Source: a virus. From it: a DNA stretch of 64,000 nucleotides. The stretch's first letter is position 1. Each line of letters starts with the position of its first letter. Location of the stretch: IMG/VR virus record IMGVR_UViG_3300008267_000018, positions 20,613 to 84,612 of that record; one strand, 5' to 3'. This document shows positions 26,715-36,280 of this stretch, piece by piece. The notes under the pieces were generated by a model. It ran no database searches. It was given only the letters and a program-made list of their open reading frames with translations, and was not told the DNA's origin. Both the position numbers and the translations under genes were made by a program.

Positions 26715-27259
26715 TGGCTAGAGATTCACGCCTGGAACTAGATCGTTATATTGATTACGCTAAGGATCCGTTTACAAAAAAACGGCAGCTTAACTTTGAC
26801 GAGCTATTTCAATCCCCATCAAGCGAAGGCCAATATCCCTGGAACCCCTCTCGCTTTACACAAAGCGATTTACTGCGCAAAATGATGACGCGCAAACTTC
26901 AACTCAACCCTGGGCTGAACTTTGTTGGTAGTAGCGCAGAAGAGTACGAAGTCTTTGCCAATATCGGCAGGTTTAAACGTGTTGATGACTATGATTTCCA
27001 AAACGGCAGGGCATTAACACCTCAGCGTCCAGAAGACCAACCCGGCTTTAACGACCTTTGGATGAGCGTTTATCAACTCAGCCCTACCATTCCTGGAGAG
27101 AAGAAAGCAAAAAATCCAATGCCACGTGCTTCTAACCCAGATCCCAAAGGGCTGCTAATGCAAGCAGCAGAAAGCCGCGTAGATAATGAAGTCAGTGGAA
27201 ATACTTCTGTTGCAGAATTACTAAGTAAATCCAAAACACCCGGTGAAGAAAAAGCCTAG
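26711..27259 (+). CDS. hypothetical protein
   Basis: 182-aa coupled ORF. Confidence 0.65.
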   Translation: MMARDSRLELDRYIDYAKDPFTKKRQLNFDELFQSPSSEGQYPWNPSRFTQSDLLRKMMTRKLQLNPGLNFVGSSAEEYEVFANIGRFKRVDDYDFQNGRALTPQRPEDQPGFNDLWMSVYQLSPTIPGEKKAKNPMPRASNPDPKGLLMQAAESRVDNEVSGNTSVAELLSKSKTPGEEKA

Positions 27260-27300
27260 AAATAGGTTGAGTACAATAAAGAAAAGAATTTAACAATACA

Positions 27301-27885
27301 GTGAGATTAGCCGGCGTTGCTAAAGGATTAACCAGGGCAGATCTCAAGTCTGTTGCTGGTAGCGTTGGTACCGGCAGTGCACTTGCTGGTGGTTTTGGTT
27401 TAATGGCAGGTGGGCCGGCCTTAGGTGCCGCATCTGCTGTAGCTGATTTTGCCTTAGCGTATCCCTTAACTCTGGCAGCAAGGGCTGCAAGGCCTGGTAA
27501 AACCCGCACCGTAATTAACGAAGCCGGAAAGCAAGTTACCGAACATGTACCTTCAAGGTTGGAGGGAGCGGCCAACTTAATTGGCTCTGTTGTTTCTCCG
27601 TTAGTTGCCGACGTAGCCATGGGTGGTGGTATGGCACGGCAAGTAGAACCTACGGCCACGTCACAAGATCAAACGATCATGCATCAAATGATGCAACGTG
27701 CCGCCGTAAATGATATGCAACTTCCGCAAGAAGTGGCGCCTTACACTCAGTTTCAAACCGCCGGCTTACCTAATCGCAATCAATTTCTCAATGACTACAT
27801 CTACCCACCCGTAGCGGGTACAGAAGTTGAGCTTCCTGATGTTGTGAAACGTGCATTACAACGCACTGGATTGGAGCTGGGCTAA
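27301..27885 (+). CDS. Gly/Ala-rich putative virion or ejection protein
   Basis: glycine-zipper-like segments; TACAAT upstream. Confidence 0.6.
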   Translation: MRLAGVAKGLTRADLKSVAGSVGTGSALAGGFGLMAGGPALGAASAVADFALAYPLTLAARAARPGKTRTVINEAGKQVTEHVPSRLEGAANLIGSVVSPLVADVAMGGGMARQVEPTATSQDQTIMHQMMQRAAVNDMQLPQEVAPYTQFQTAGLPNRNQFLNDYIYPPVAGTEVELPDVVKRALQRTGLELG

Positions 27886-28820
27886 TGGGCGCACTACAAG
27901 GCCTCCGCAATATTGGCAGTGATATTTCAACAGGTATTAAAACTGTTGAGCAACTGCAGAGGAAATTTGACAAAGATACATTGTCCGCAGTGCCAGGCGT
28001 TAATCGTCTAGCGAGCGCCCCTTCTTTTAATCAGGCACTTGCCGCAGAAGGTATTACTGCACGTCAAACGCCTGTCCAATTTGCTGGTGCTTATGCAGCA
28101 CGTGTTGCCACTGATCTAACCAATGACGGCACACGGATGCTGTTTTGGCGGTACAACCATCCCAATGCAATTGCCGATGCCATTGGTGGTGCAGCCATTG
28201 GTAAGAAAGCTGCACAAGAGATGGGTCCTCTTAAGACAGGTCTTATCAACCTCGCCGCCCTTGGCCCAGGTATTGCAGTTGCTGGCGCATATGATCTGAC
28301 CAATGTTGGTGAGATGTTTAGGCCAAAGGGTTTTGCTCAGACCTATTCACCAGAAGGTACGGATGATCGTCGTCAAACTGAACAACCTTTACAAGAGGGA
28401 TTTGAGCGCTTGTTCCTGGGACGTACTGGGCAACCACTTAAGTACGAGACTGCAAAACAAGAGATTCCAGACTTGACACCTGAACGTTATGGTAACTTCA
28501 TGCGTTCTTATTACCAAGATCGTGGTTTCCTTGGCATTGCCAAAGCAACTACCGAGAACTTGCAGGGTGATCCAGAACTTCGTATTCTGAACTATCCCAT
28601 TACAATTCCTTCCGCTCTTGGTGTTCTTGGTGGTGCTGGCGCCGCAGGCGTAGCTGCACGTTCTACACAAGGTCCTGGGCGCTTCCGTAAGTCAGCTGTT
28701 GCAGGTCTTGCCGGTTCTCTTGGTGGTATTCTTACCGGCAATGTTGTCAACGAAGTCATTGCCGCTGGTAATCGCCCAAGGCTGCCTACAACTACTGAAT
28801 ACGAAAGTATGCAGTACTGA
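27885..28820 (+). CDS. Gly/Ala-rich putative virion or ejection protein
   Basis: hydrophobic Gly/Ala helices near the C-terminus. Confidence 0.65.
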   Translation: MGALQGLRNIGSDISTGIKTVEQLQRKFDKDTLSAVPGVNRLASAPSFNQALAAEGITARQTPVQFAGAYAARVATDLTNDGTRMLFWRYNHPNAIADAIGGAAIGKKAAQEMGPLKTGLINLAALGPGIAVAGAYDLTNVGEMFRPKGFAQTYSPEGTDDRRQTEQPLQEGFERLFLGRTGQPLKYETAKQEIPDLTPERYGNFMRSYYQDRGFLGIAKATTENLQGDPELRILNYPITIPSALGVLGGAGAAGVAARSTQGPGRFRKSAVAGLAGSLGGILTGNVVNEVIAAGNRPRLPTTTEYESMQY

Positions 28821-28852
28821 TAGAATCTATTTTATAAGAAACATTTTTAATA

Positions 28853-29704
28853 ATGGCCGTATATTCAGACCCCTGGTCGTCGCCTGTACAGGCTCCTTAT
28901 AGTACGTTAAATTACAATATTGGGACTACGCCTACCCCTCAATCTTTTGCGGCACAGGCGCGTGAACAAATTAAAGAAAAAATGCAGAGCGGCAGGCAAG
29001 CTGTTCAAGGAGCTGTTCAACAAGGTGGTGAACTTCTTCAAGGGCTGGCTAATCGTCCCGGCCTTGGGCGTGCAGCATTCCTTGGTGGAATGGTTCCAGG
29101 TGCAATGACCGCTGCATCGGAAGCTGCTTCAGGGCGTGCGCTAGGTGCAGGCGTAGCTCTTGGTGCAGGAGCACTTACTGCAGGATTAGGCACCGCTCTA
29201 TTGAAAGCTCCTAACCCACTTGCAAAACTTGCCGGTGGTGCATTGATGCTTGGCGGCACGGTCATTCCTGGCATGGCTGCTACTGGTGCAGAAGCTGTTC
29301 GCCAAGAAGTAACTGGTCGTCCAACAGAAGGTAAAGAAGGTGACTTCCAAACTGAAGTTGCCCGCCGTCGTCAACTTGCAGGTGTAGACCTTGAGTTAGG
29401 TCGCAACGAATTAGGAATGCGCACTGATAACATCGTTGACCTTACTCAACGTTTAAATGCTGTAGATATTGAACAACAAAAAGCTCAATATCCCATTCTT
29501 GCCAAGATGAAGAACGATGAGCTAACTCGTTCTCAAGCAATGCTCAACTCCCAGAACAATGCTTACATGCAGCAGATGGTTCTTGGGACGGCCAGCAACC
29601 TTGTCCTGGATGCTCAGCGGGAGCGTGGCGCACTTGCACGTCAATACATCGCTTCTAGCCCCTACAACGTCGTACTAGCGGCTCCTAACGTTTCGATTGG
29701 TTGA
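28853..29704 (+). CDS. Gly/Ala-rich putative virion or ejection protein
   Basis: ALGAGVALGAGALTAGLG followed by a coiled coil. Confidence 0.65.
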   Translation: MAVYSDPWSSPVQAPYSTLNYNIGTTPTPQSFAAQAREQIKEKMQSGRQAVQGAVQQGGELLQGLANRPGLGRAAFLGGMVPGAMTAASEAASGRALGAGVALGAGALTAGLGTALLKAPNPLAKLAGGALMLGGTVIPGMAATGAEAVRQEVTGRPTEGKEGDFQTEVARRRQLAGVDLELGRNELGMRTDNIVDLTQRLNAVDIEQQKAQYPILAKMKNDELTRSQAMLNSQNNAYMQQMVLGTASNLVLDAQRERGALARQYIASSPYNVVLAAPNVSIG

Positions 29705-29706
29705 TC

Positions 29707-30171
29707 ATGGCATACTCCTTTGATCCCAAAGCACCTTTCTTAGGTGGTATTGCAGGACTTAATTCCCCTGGCTCTAGTGGCACACCTGATTCTGCTTTTG
29801 GTGGAATGTTAAATGTAGCTCCGTTAACTCCTGGTTTTACTGGTGCTCAAGCGGGAGCTAGCTTACCAGAAGGCGTGGATCCTAATCTGGGTTTCTTGAT
29901 GAATTGGCAACAACAACAACAAGAACAAACAAGGAGAGAAAGTAAGCAAGATTTGGCAGAGATAATGGCACAACGAGAAAAAGAATTTGAAAAAGCAGCA
30001 ACATACAAAACGCTTTCTCAAATTCCAAATACAATTGCGTCCATTGGTCAAGGTCTTGCTGCAACTTTGTATAACCCAGCAAGTGTTGAGATTGCGTCCA
30101 GAACTCCTGGATTACTAGCTGGCGTTTATGGACAAGCCATTGGTAGTGCCCGTCAAAAATATATCAGCTAG
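29707..30171 (+). CDS. hypothetical protein
   Basis: start adjusted to ATG 29707. Confidence 0.6.
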   Translation: MAYSFDPKAPFLGGIAGLNSPGSSGTPDSAFGGMLNVAPLTPGFTGAQAGASLPEGVDPNLGFLMNWQQQQQEQTRRESKQDLAEIMAQREKEFEKAATYKTLSQIPNTIASIGQGLAATLYNPASVEIASRTPGLLAGVYGQAIGSARQKYIS

Positions 30172-30273
30172 GTATAATAAAGCTAATGACGTATTCATTG
30201 CCGCCAACATTAACACAAAGGCCGTTTGATACCGCGTCTTCTTTTTCTACCAATCACCAAGCCAGCAGGTGCC

Positions 30274-30654
30274 ATGGATCCCGGAACAGCTACTTTAATT
30301 GGAGGTGGTATCTCCGCTCTTGGCAGCGGGGCAAGTGCTATTGGCGGTAAAAATGCAGGGAACCAAGCACGGGCTGCTGCTCGTGAGCAAGCTGCAGCAG
30401 TACAAGCCGCAGGACGTGAAGTTCCTCTTGTAAATTTTGGTCTTGATGTAGCCGGTAAAAAATTCGATACTTTATTTGGTGGTCCAGCGGACCGTTTTAA
30501 TCTTGCTCAAGATACTGCACTGCAAGGAGCCTTAGCAACTGATCCAGGCTCTTATGGCTCCATCGAAGCACGTAGACAACAACTGCTTCGAAATCAAGAG
30601 TTATTTGGTGCACGCACCCCTGGTTATGGAGCCGCCTTTAGCAGGTTTGTGTAA
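30274..30654 (+). CDS. pilot/ejection-like protein
   Basis: MDPGTATLIGGGISALGSG...AAREQAAA; start uncertain (see findings). Confidence 0.6.
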   Translation: MDPGTATLIGGGISALGSGASAIGGKNAGNQARAAAREQAAAVQAAGREVPLVNFGLDVAGKKFDTLFGGPADRFNLAQDTALQGALATDPGSYGSIEARRQQLLRNQELFGARTPGYGAAFSRFV

Positions 30655-30683
30655 ACTAAAATAAGTTCAACGCAGTAAGTAAA

Positions 30684-31349
30684 ATGCCAAAAAATAAAGA
30701 AAATAGCGATATCTATAGCGGCATTTTTGGCGCAGATAAATCTTCTATGCCAAGTCCGACTGGCGAACAATTTGAGAATTTAACAAATGCATTAAGAGCA
30801 TCTTCAGCTGGCTTAGGCGGCGGTGGGAGTGGTTCAATGCTCGGCGTGCGGGAGGCCCAAAAAAGTCTTGGTGATCTCTCAAGGGTTTATCGTAAGTTTG
30901 GTAAAAACATAGGAGATTTTGAATCATATTTAAGTAGTGCAGTTCAGCGGGGAACACTAGCTCCTGAATTAGCCGAACAATCTTATTTAAACGCTGCAAT
31001 GTTTTCTAATGCCAAGAAACCATTAGAAGGAGCAGAAAGGCTTGGGACAATGGAGCAAGGTTTTGTTGATCCCAAAAAATATGAAAGGTATCAACCTTTT
31101 ATGCAGCTAAATGCTCAACAACTTTTGGGGCGTAATTTGAGTGCCAACGAAATGAATGCATATACAGAAGCTTTCCGTGGAATGGGAATCTACAAACCTG
31201 CAGATGTTTCTGCTGCTTTTGGTAATATGCTTATGACTACTCCGGAAGCCAGGAGTCGTGAAGTCGTAGTAGATAAAGACTTGTTTAAAGACAAAACAAA
31301 AACTACAGACGAGCTTCTTGCCATGAAACAATCGTTCTTAAATTCTTAA
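30684..31349 (+). CDS. hypothetical protein
   Basis: 221 aa; TAAAAT upstream. Confidence 0.65.
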   Translation: MPKNKENSDIYSGIFGADKSSMPSPTGEQFENLTNALRASSAGLGGGGSGSMLGVREAQKSLGDLSRVYRKFGKNIGDFESYLSSAVQRGTLAPELAEQSYLNAAMFSNAKKPLEGAERLGTMEQGFVDPKKYERYQPFMQLNAQQLLGRNLSANEMNAYTEAFRGMGIYKPADVSAAFGNMLMTTPEARSREVVVDKDLFKDKTKTTDELLAMKQSFLNS

Positions 31350-31373
31350 TTTATAATATAAAAAAAGATAGTC

Positions 31374-32084
31374 ATGCCGCAATCTAGACAGGAAAAAGAA
31401 AGGGCTCAAAAACTTCTCGAAAGTTTTGGTGCCAATATCAGTAAAAACGAATTAAAACGATTTGAAGATAAAGGATTTTCTGTCAATAAAGCTCAGAATT
31501 ATGCCCAAAATCAAGGAGGTGTGCGTCTCGGTGATAATGCGCGTGACTATGTTAAGGCCGGGGGAGCGTCTAGTGCACAAACAACAGTGACACCTGACCC
31601 TGATCTTGATCCAATTGTAACTAACGATTTTGTTGATTTTCAGGGACGCACAATGTCCCGCGATCAATTTAATGTTGAATCTGAAGCATATATTAGAAAT
31701 TTGCAAGGCGGTATTGATAAAGAGCTGGAAATTTTACGAGGTTCAAGTAATGAAAATATTGCAGGGATTCAAGCTGGGGCTCAAACATTTGGTTACGCTG
31801 CAGATGAACGGGCACGCAAATATGTAGCAGATCGTGCAGGAATAACTGCAGAAAACGTTGAAAATATCCGCGCTAAAAACAATCTTGATCTTCAATCAAT
31901 TGTTAATGCCGGTTTAAAAGATGTTGCAAATATTCAAGGAGAAACTTCACGAGATGTAGAAAAAACTCGTGGTGAGTTTGGCTTGAAACAGGAAGAAACT
32001 CGTCAAGCGGGTGGGCGCGATATTGCACGTATTGCAGGAAGGGCTGGTATCTACCAAGGTTTAATGGGAGCTTTTAATTTCTAA
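31374..32084 (+). CDS. hypothetical protein, possibly ejection protein
   Basis: 236 aa with repeated (I/V)AxI(Q/R)A pattern. Confidence 0.65.
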   Translation: MPQSRQEKERAQKLLESFGANISKNELKRFEDKGFSVNKAQNYAQNQGGVRLGDNARDYVKAGGASSAQTTVTPDPDLDPIVTNDFVDFQGRTMSRDQFNVESEAYIRNLQGGIDKELEILRGSSNENIAGIQAGAQTFGYAADERARKYVADRAGITAENVENIRAKNNLDLQSIVNAGLKDVANIQGETSRDVEKTRGEFGLKQEETRQAGGRDIARIAGRAGIYQGLMGAFNF

Positions 32085-32139
32085 TTGTTATAATTAAAAA
32101 ATAGCTTTTGCTATACTTTAAGAAACACTGTAGGTAAAC

Positions 32140-32394
32140 ATGGCCTATTCCGATACTATTGCTGGTATCAATGCCGCCCTTGCACGCGGCGAAATTGATG
32201 CCGCAACTGCAACCGCTCTCAAGAAGCAAGCTGCCGAAGGTGAGTATGGTACTAAATCTTTTGACATCGGTGAATTCGAAGGCCTCCTGGGCCGCCTGGA
32301 AGGTTCCAAGATGCGTCAGAAGCGCCAAGAGAGTGTTGAGGGCCGCCGTGGCACCATGACACAAGGTCTTGCTAGCATGATGAGCAACTTCTGA
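32140..32394 (+). CDS. hypothetical protein
   Basis: 84 aa with strong codon bias. Confidence 0.7.
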   Translation: MAYSDTIAGINAALARGEIDAATATALKKQAAEGEYGTKSFDIGEFEGLLGRLEGSKMRQKRQESVEGRRGTMTQGLASMMSNF

Positions 32395-32396
32395 TA

Positions 32397-32567
32397 ATGC
32401 AAACTTCTGCCGATCCCAAGGCTCAGCCTACCGAGGGTGCAGATTTAAATCTGTACAAAAAGGCGGCAGAAGTTGCTTATCAATTTGCCAAGAAACGTTC
32501 TGAAAAAGAACCTGAAACAACCGAAGATACTTTCGGCGCAAACGATACAAAAGAACCAAGGCAGTAG
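32397..32567 (+). CDS. small protein (56 aa, MQTSADPKAQ...)
   Basis: read manually; fills the gap between its neighbours. Confidence 0.6.
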   Translation: MQTSADPKAQPTEGADLNLYKKAAEVAYQFAKKRSEKEPETTEDTFGANDTKEPRQ

Positions 32568-32572
32568 CTTAA

Positions 32573-32854
32573 ATGAACAGTTTTATTAACACTGGTTCGG
32601 ATTACGCCGATGATCCGTATTCTCTTCTATTTGATGAAGAGAAAGCCAAGAAAGCTGCTGCTGCTGCTAAGATCTTCCAAGATGTCTCCGTTGGTTCTTC
32701 CAAGGAGAAAATGAAGGAACAAGGAGCACAAGAACGTGAAACCATCACGCGAGGAGCAACAGAGCAGCGTCAGTCCGCTGAACAAGCCCAGGAGTTCGGC
32801 GAGAGGGACGAAGCACGCGATTACTCCCAGGCCCAGCGAGCTTATCGATATTGA
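32573..32854 (+). CDS. hypothetical protein
   Basis: 93 aa. Confidence 0.65.
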   Translation: MNSFINTGSDYADDPYSLLFDEEKAKKAAAAAKIFQDVSVGSSKEKMKEQGAQERETITRGATEQRQSAEQAQEFGERDEARDYSQAQRAYRY

Positions 32855-33341
32855 GGTTTTTAAAACCTGGATCGATAATCTGGACAGTGCATCCGAAGAG
32901 GCTTACCTTTCTTTCTGCAAGGATAACAATTCTGTTATTGAATGCTTCCTCTATGCCAGATTCCTTGGCTATGAAGGGAGCATTGTTGCGTGTGACCTAT
33001 GGGTAAACAGCGAGTTTGAAAAGCCTGATCATAGAAAAGTTCTTCTCAATGAAATTGAGGAGATGCAGGAAGATATTCGAAAGTTACGACAAGCTGTTGA
33101 GGATGATATCGTCAAGCGAGATGCGGGTGTCGCCAGGATCGCCAGCATGCAAAAAGAGCTTCGTGGAACTATTGCTCAATTAGATCTCTTCACCTCTTCT
33201 AGGGATCGCAAGGGCTTACTGATGGCTGGCGCTGATCGCGCTATTCGTGAGTTAGTATTTATCTTCAAAGATGATCCTATTGAAATCCCCTTGCACGAAG
33301 CATCGATGAGCGTATGGGCTCGCATGCAACTCGAAGAGTAG
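32736..33341 (+). CDS. possible terminase small subunit
   Basis: helical/coiled-coil protein just upstream of TerL; assigned by position only. Confidence 0.45.
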   Translation: MKPSREEQQSSVSPLNKPRSSARGTKHAITPRPSELIDIEVFKTWIDNLDSASEEAYLSFCKDNNSVIECFLYARFLGYEGSIVACDLWVNSEFEKPDHRKVLLNEIEEMQEDIRKLRQAVEDDIVKRDAGVARIASMQKELRGTIAQLDLFTSSRDRKGLLMAGADRAIRELVFIFKDDPIEIPLHEASMSVWARMQLEE

Positions 33342-33371
33342 TACTCTTAAAATAAACAAAAGACCAAAACA

Positions 33372-33671
33372 ATGTCTGCTTCTACAGATATCCCTGATCT
33401 TGCTGGGCGTATGCCAAGCATCGTTCGCAACCTTCAACGGGAACGCATGGGTCTTGGCCCTACCCAGAACGTTGCTGGCGCTAGTGATATCGCTAGTACA
33501 GCTAAAGCAATGTTTGGTACTACCCCACCAGATACCGAGGTAAATGGCAAACAAAATGCCCCCGCAGCTCCTGGCACACTTCAAGAAGACCGAAGCGAAG
33601 AAGGAGGACGGCTCGCAGATGAACGACAAGGAAAAACACAAGGCCGCCTTGGAAAAAGCACGCAAGTTTAA
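33372..33671 (+). CDS. hypothetical protein
   Basis: 99 aa; TAAAAT upstream. Confidence 0.55.
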   Translation: MSASTDIPDLAGRMPSIVRNLQRERMGLGPTQNVAGASDIASTAKAMFGTTPPDTEVNGKQNAPAAPGTLQEDRSEEGGRLADERQGKTQGRLGKSTQV

Positions 33672-33693
33672 AGAGTCACGTTCTAAGAAATAA
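33544..33693 (+). CDS. small basic protein (49 aa, MANKMPPQLLAHFKK...)
   Basis: read manually; GAGG Shine-Dalgarno just upstream; overlaps the previous ORF. Confidence 0.6.
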   Translation: MANKMPPQLLAHFKKTEAKKEDGSQMNDKEKHKAALEKARKFKESRSKK

Positions 33694-33722
33694 GTTAGTA
33701 TTAACTTAATTGCAAACATAGA

Positions 33723-35249
33723 GTGCCTTCTTATCTTCACCTTGCTTACAGGCGCAACGCACGTGCTGCCTCCAAGAACTACAAAGTAAGGGAAAATAAG
33801 AACGAGGATTCACTCCAACGTGCAAGGGATGACTTCGGTTATTTCTGTGAGTATGTAGCCGATAAACCTCCAGCGGAACACCACAAAGAGTGGCACCGTA
33901 AGTTCGTAACAGATCAAGATAGTTCCTGTCTAATTAAAATTGCTGGGCCTAACGTTGACCTACTTGCTCCTCGTGGTTCAGCGAAAAGCACTGTACTTGG
34001 CTTGTTAACTGCCTGGGCAATTGGCATCCATACGACAGCTAAGTTACCTCTGCAGATTCTTTACCTTTCTTATACCGTTGATATTGCACGCTCTAAGTCT
34101 GCAACAATCAAACGAATCATTGAAAGCAAACGATATCAAGAAGTCTTTCCAACAGTACGTCTTCTTAAGAACGTAACCAGTAATGAGTATTGGTCTATTG
34201 ACCATAAGTTTGCCGGCATCGACGTAACCGGTGACGAACAATTTACGCTTTGTGCGGCAGGCTTAAAAGGTTCAGTGACCTCCAAGCGTTCGCACTTGGT
34301 AATGATTGATGACGCCATCAAATCAGCCGCTGATATTGCAAACCCTGACATCAGAAAAATGATGCAGGACAACTGGAACGCGGTGATCGCACCAACGATG
34401 TTTGAAGGAGCACGTGCCATCTGCCTTGGTACCCGCTTCAGGCATGATGACATTCACTCCACTACGTTCAACGAACAAAACAATTGGCAGCAGATTATTC
34501 TGTCAGCAATTTACAATGACCCTAAGACCGGTGAAGAGATGTCTTACTGGCCAGAGATGTGGTCATTGGACTATTTAAAAGAAAAGAAACGACAAGCGCC
34601 TATTGCTTTTTCGTTCCAGTACATGAATCAAATTATCAGGCAAAACGAACTTTCGTTGGCACCTGAATTGATTGTCAAAGCTGAAATCTCCACAGAGTTC
34701 GATGCCCTTGGTATTGGCGTTGACTTGTCTGCTGGCATCAAGGAAAAGAACGATTACACAGTCATGGTCCTTGGTGGTCGCATTGGCGACCGCATTCATA
34801 TTATCGATTACCGACGTATTCGAGTAATGGGTAATTTGGAAAAACTAGATGCAATGAAGGAGCTTCTCAATGATTGGTCTATTCTTGGTCGTGATGACAG
34901 TGGCAATTATTTCCCTACTTATTCAACTTGCGATATATGGTCCGAAGCTGTTCAATACCAAGCATCGCTAGAAGCAGACTTTAAGCGTGTTTGTTTAAGT
35001 AACGAAGGATTGTATAACTTGATCTGGCACCCCGTCAAAGGATTCCGCGCAGATAAGCTGGCGCGTTTCCGTGGAATTATCGGCATGTTTGAAGATCGTA
35101 AGATTATTTTCAATCGCTACCGTAACTTCACTGCGATGTTTGAAGAACTAACCAACTTTGGTGTCAGTAGTCACGATGACTGTGTTGATGCACTTGTCTG
35201 GTTGGTAACAGGCCTGGCAAGGAAGGGACAATTGCAGCTTGATTACTGA
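33723..35249 (+). CDS. terL: terminase large subunit
   Basis: APRGSAKST (Walker A), MIDD (Walker B), GTRF..DD, GVDL, HDDCVDAL. Confidence 0.95.
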   Translation: MPSYLHLAYRRNARAASKNYKVRENKNEDSLQRARDDFGYFCEYVADKPPAEHHKEWHRKFVTDQDSSCLIKIAGPNVDLLAPRGSAKSTVLGLLTAWAIGIHTTAKLPLQILYLSYTVDIARSKSATIKRIIESKRYQEVFPTVRLLKNVTSNEYWSIDHKFAGIDVTGDEQFTLCAAGLKGSVTSKRSHLVMIDDAIKSAADIANPDIRKMMQDNWNAVIAPTMFEGARAICLGTRFRHDDIHSTTFNEQNNWQQIILSAIYNDPKTGEEMSYWPEMWSLDYLKEKKRQAPIAFSFQYMNQIIRQNELSLAPELIVKAEISTEFDALGIGVDLSAGIKEKNDYTVMVLGGRIGDRIHIIDYRRIRVMGNLEKLDAMKELLNDWSILGRDDSGNYFPTYSTCDIWSEAVQYQASLEADFKRVCLSNEGLYNLIWHPVKGFRADKLARFRGIIGMFEDRKIIFNRYRNFTAMFEELTNFGVSSHDDCVDALVWLVTGLARKGQLQLDY

Positions 35250-35287
35250 TCCTAAAATAAATAAATAAAATAATTTTTTTTATTTCA

Positions 35288-35581
35288 GTGGGACCAGAAT
35301 ATCTTGCACTTGGTTTAACCACAGTTATTTCTGCTGTCACAGGCGGTAGCTGGGCAGTAAATAAATTATTAGATAGACAGCAAGAGCGATTAAAAAGCGC
35401 TTATGATTATATCAATTCTCAAAAACGAAGGATTGATATTTTGGAAGATCAAATCAATCGCATGCCACTGGAGTATGTATTGAAGGTTGACTTCCTCAGG
35501 GAAATAAAAGAAATGCATGATAACTTTAAGCAGATCAACAATAAGCTTGATAAGCTAATGGAAAAGCTTTTGGAAAAATGA
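35288..35581 (+). CDS. small protein with N-terminal TM and coiled coil
   Basis: YLALGLTTVISAVTGGSWA...YVLKVDF..INNKLDKL. Confidence 0.65.
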   Translation: MGPEYLALGLTTVISAVTGGSWAVNKLLDRQQERLKSAYDYINSQKRRIDILEDQINRMPLEYVLKVDFLREIKEMHDNFKQINNKLDKLMEKLLEK

Positions 35582-35760
35582 GTTACATCTTGGAGATCCA
35601 GGAGGACGAAAACGGAGATCAATACATTACGCTACCCGATGAGGTGGTTGACGAGCTTGGCTGGCAAGAGGGGGATATTCTTAACTGGGACGTAAAAGGT
35701 AATGGTATTATTCTTAACAAAGTCAATGATTGCTCTGGTTACGAAGTAATAGAAGAGTAA
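35578..35760 (+). CDS. AbrB/MazE-like DNA-binding protein
   Basis: YITLPDEVVDELGWQEGDILNW. Confidence 0.7.
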   Translation: MSYILEIQEDENGDQYITLPDEVVDELGWQEGDILNWDVKGNGIILNKVNDCSGYEVIEE

Positions 35761-35783
35761 AATAGAAACAAAGAGAGGCTTAG

Positions 35784-36245
35784 ATGTATTACGCAGGTGA
35801 AAGCAATGTCCCTGGTGCGCCAGGTAACTTAATGGCTCGCGGAATTCCTGTTGGTCAGGACCCACGCCTTCCCATGTCCCAAGCAGATTTTCAGCATCAC
35901 ATGGGACTGGAAAAATTAAACCGTATTCTGGGTCCCATTGAGGAACAACGCGGGCTTCAGCGTTTTCAGGAAGTCATGCGTCAAAACATGCAAGGAGCAT
36001 CTATACCTGGAACGGGGGGAACTCCAATGGGTAACGCTGGCCTTTTCATGGGCGCTCAGCTTGGGCAAGCGATACCACAAGGACCCAATACTCCATTACC
36101 TGCTCCAGGCTGGAACCCTGGAATGATTAAGCCCCCTGGCGACCCTTCTTTCCGACCCAGTCCTCAGTGGGAAAAACCAGGTCCTACTCCCGGCTCAACA
36201 ATGCCTTGGCAAGCCGCTGGATTCCAGAACAAAACAATTTCTTGA
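35784..36245 (+). CDS. Pro/Gly-rich hypothetical protein
   Basis: 153 aa; GAGG Shine-Dalgarno. Confidence 0.6.
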   Translation: MYYAGESNVPGAPGNLMARGIPVGQDPRLPMSQADFQHHMGLEKLNRILGPIEEQRGLQRFQEVMRQNMQGASIPGTGGTPMGNAGLFMGAQLGQAIPQGPNTPLPAPGWNPGMIKPPGDPSFRPSPQWEKPGPTPGSTMPWQAAGFQNKTIS

Positions 36246-36280
36246 TTTATTGTTAGTATTAATCAAACAGAGGAGCAATA

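Noticed and set aside
6110-35249. Inteins or introns in the polymerase, thyX or terminase; alternative genetic code
   Set aside because: All are normal length with contiguous motifs, and all three stop codons are used normally.
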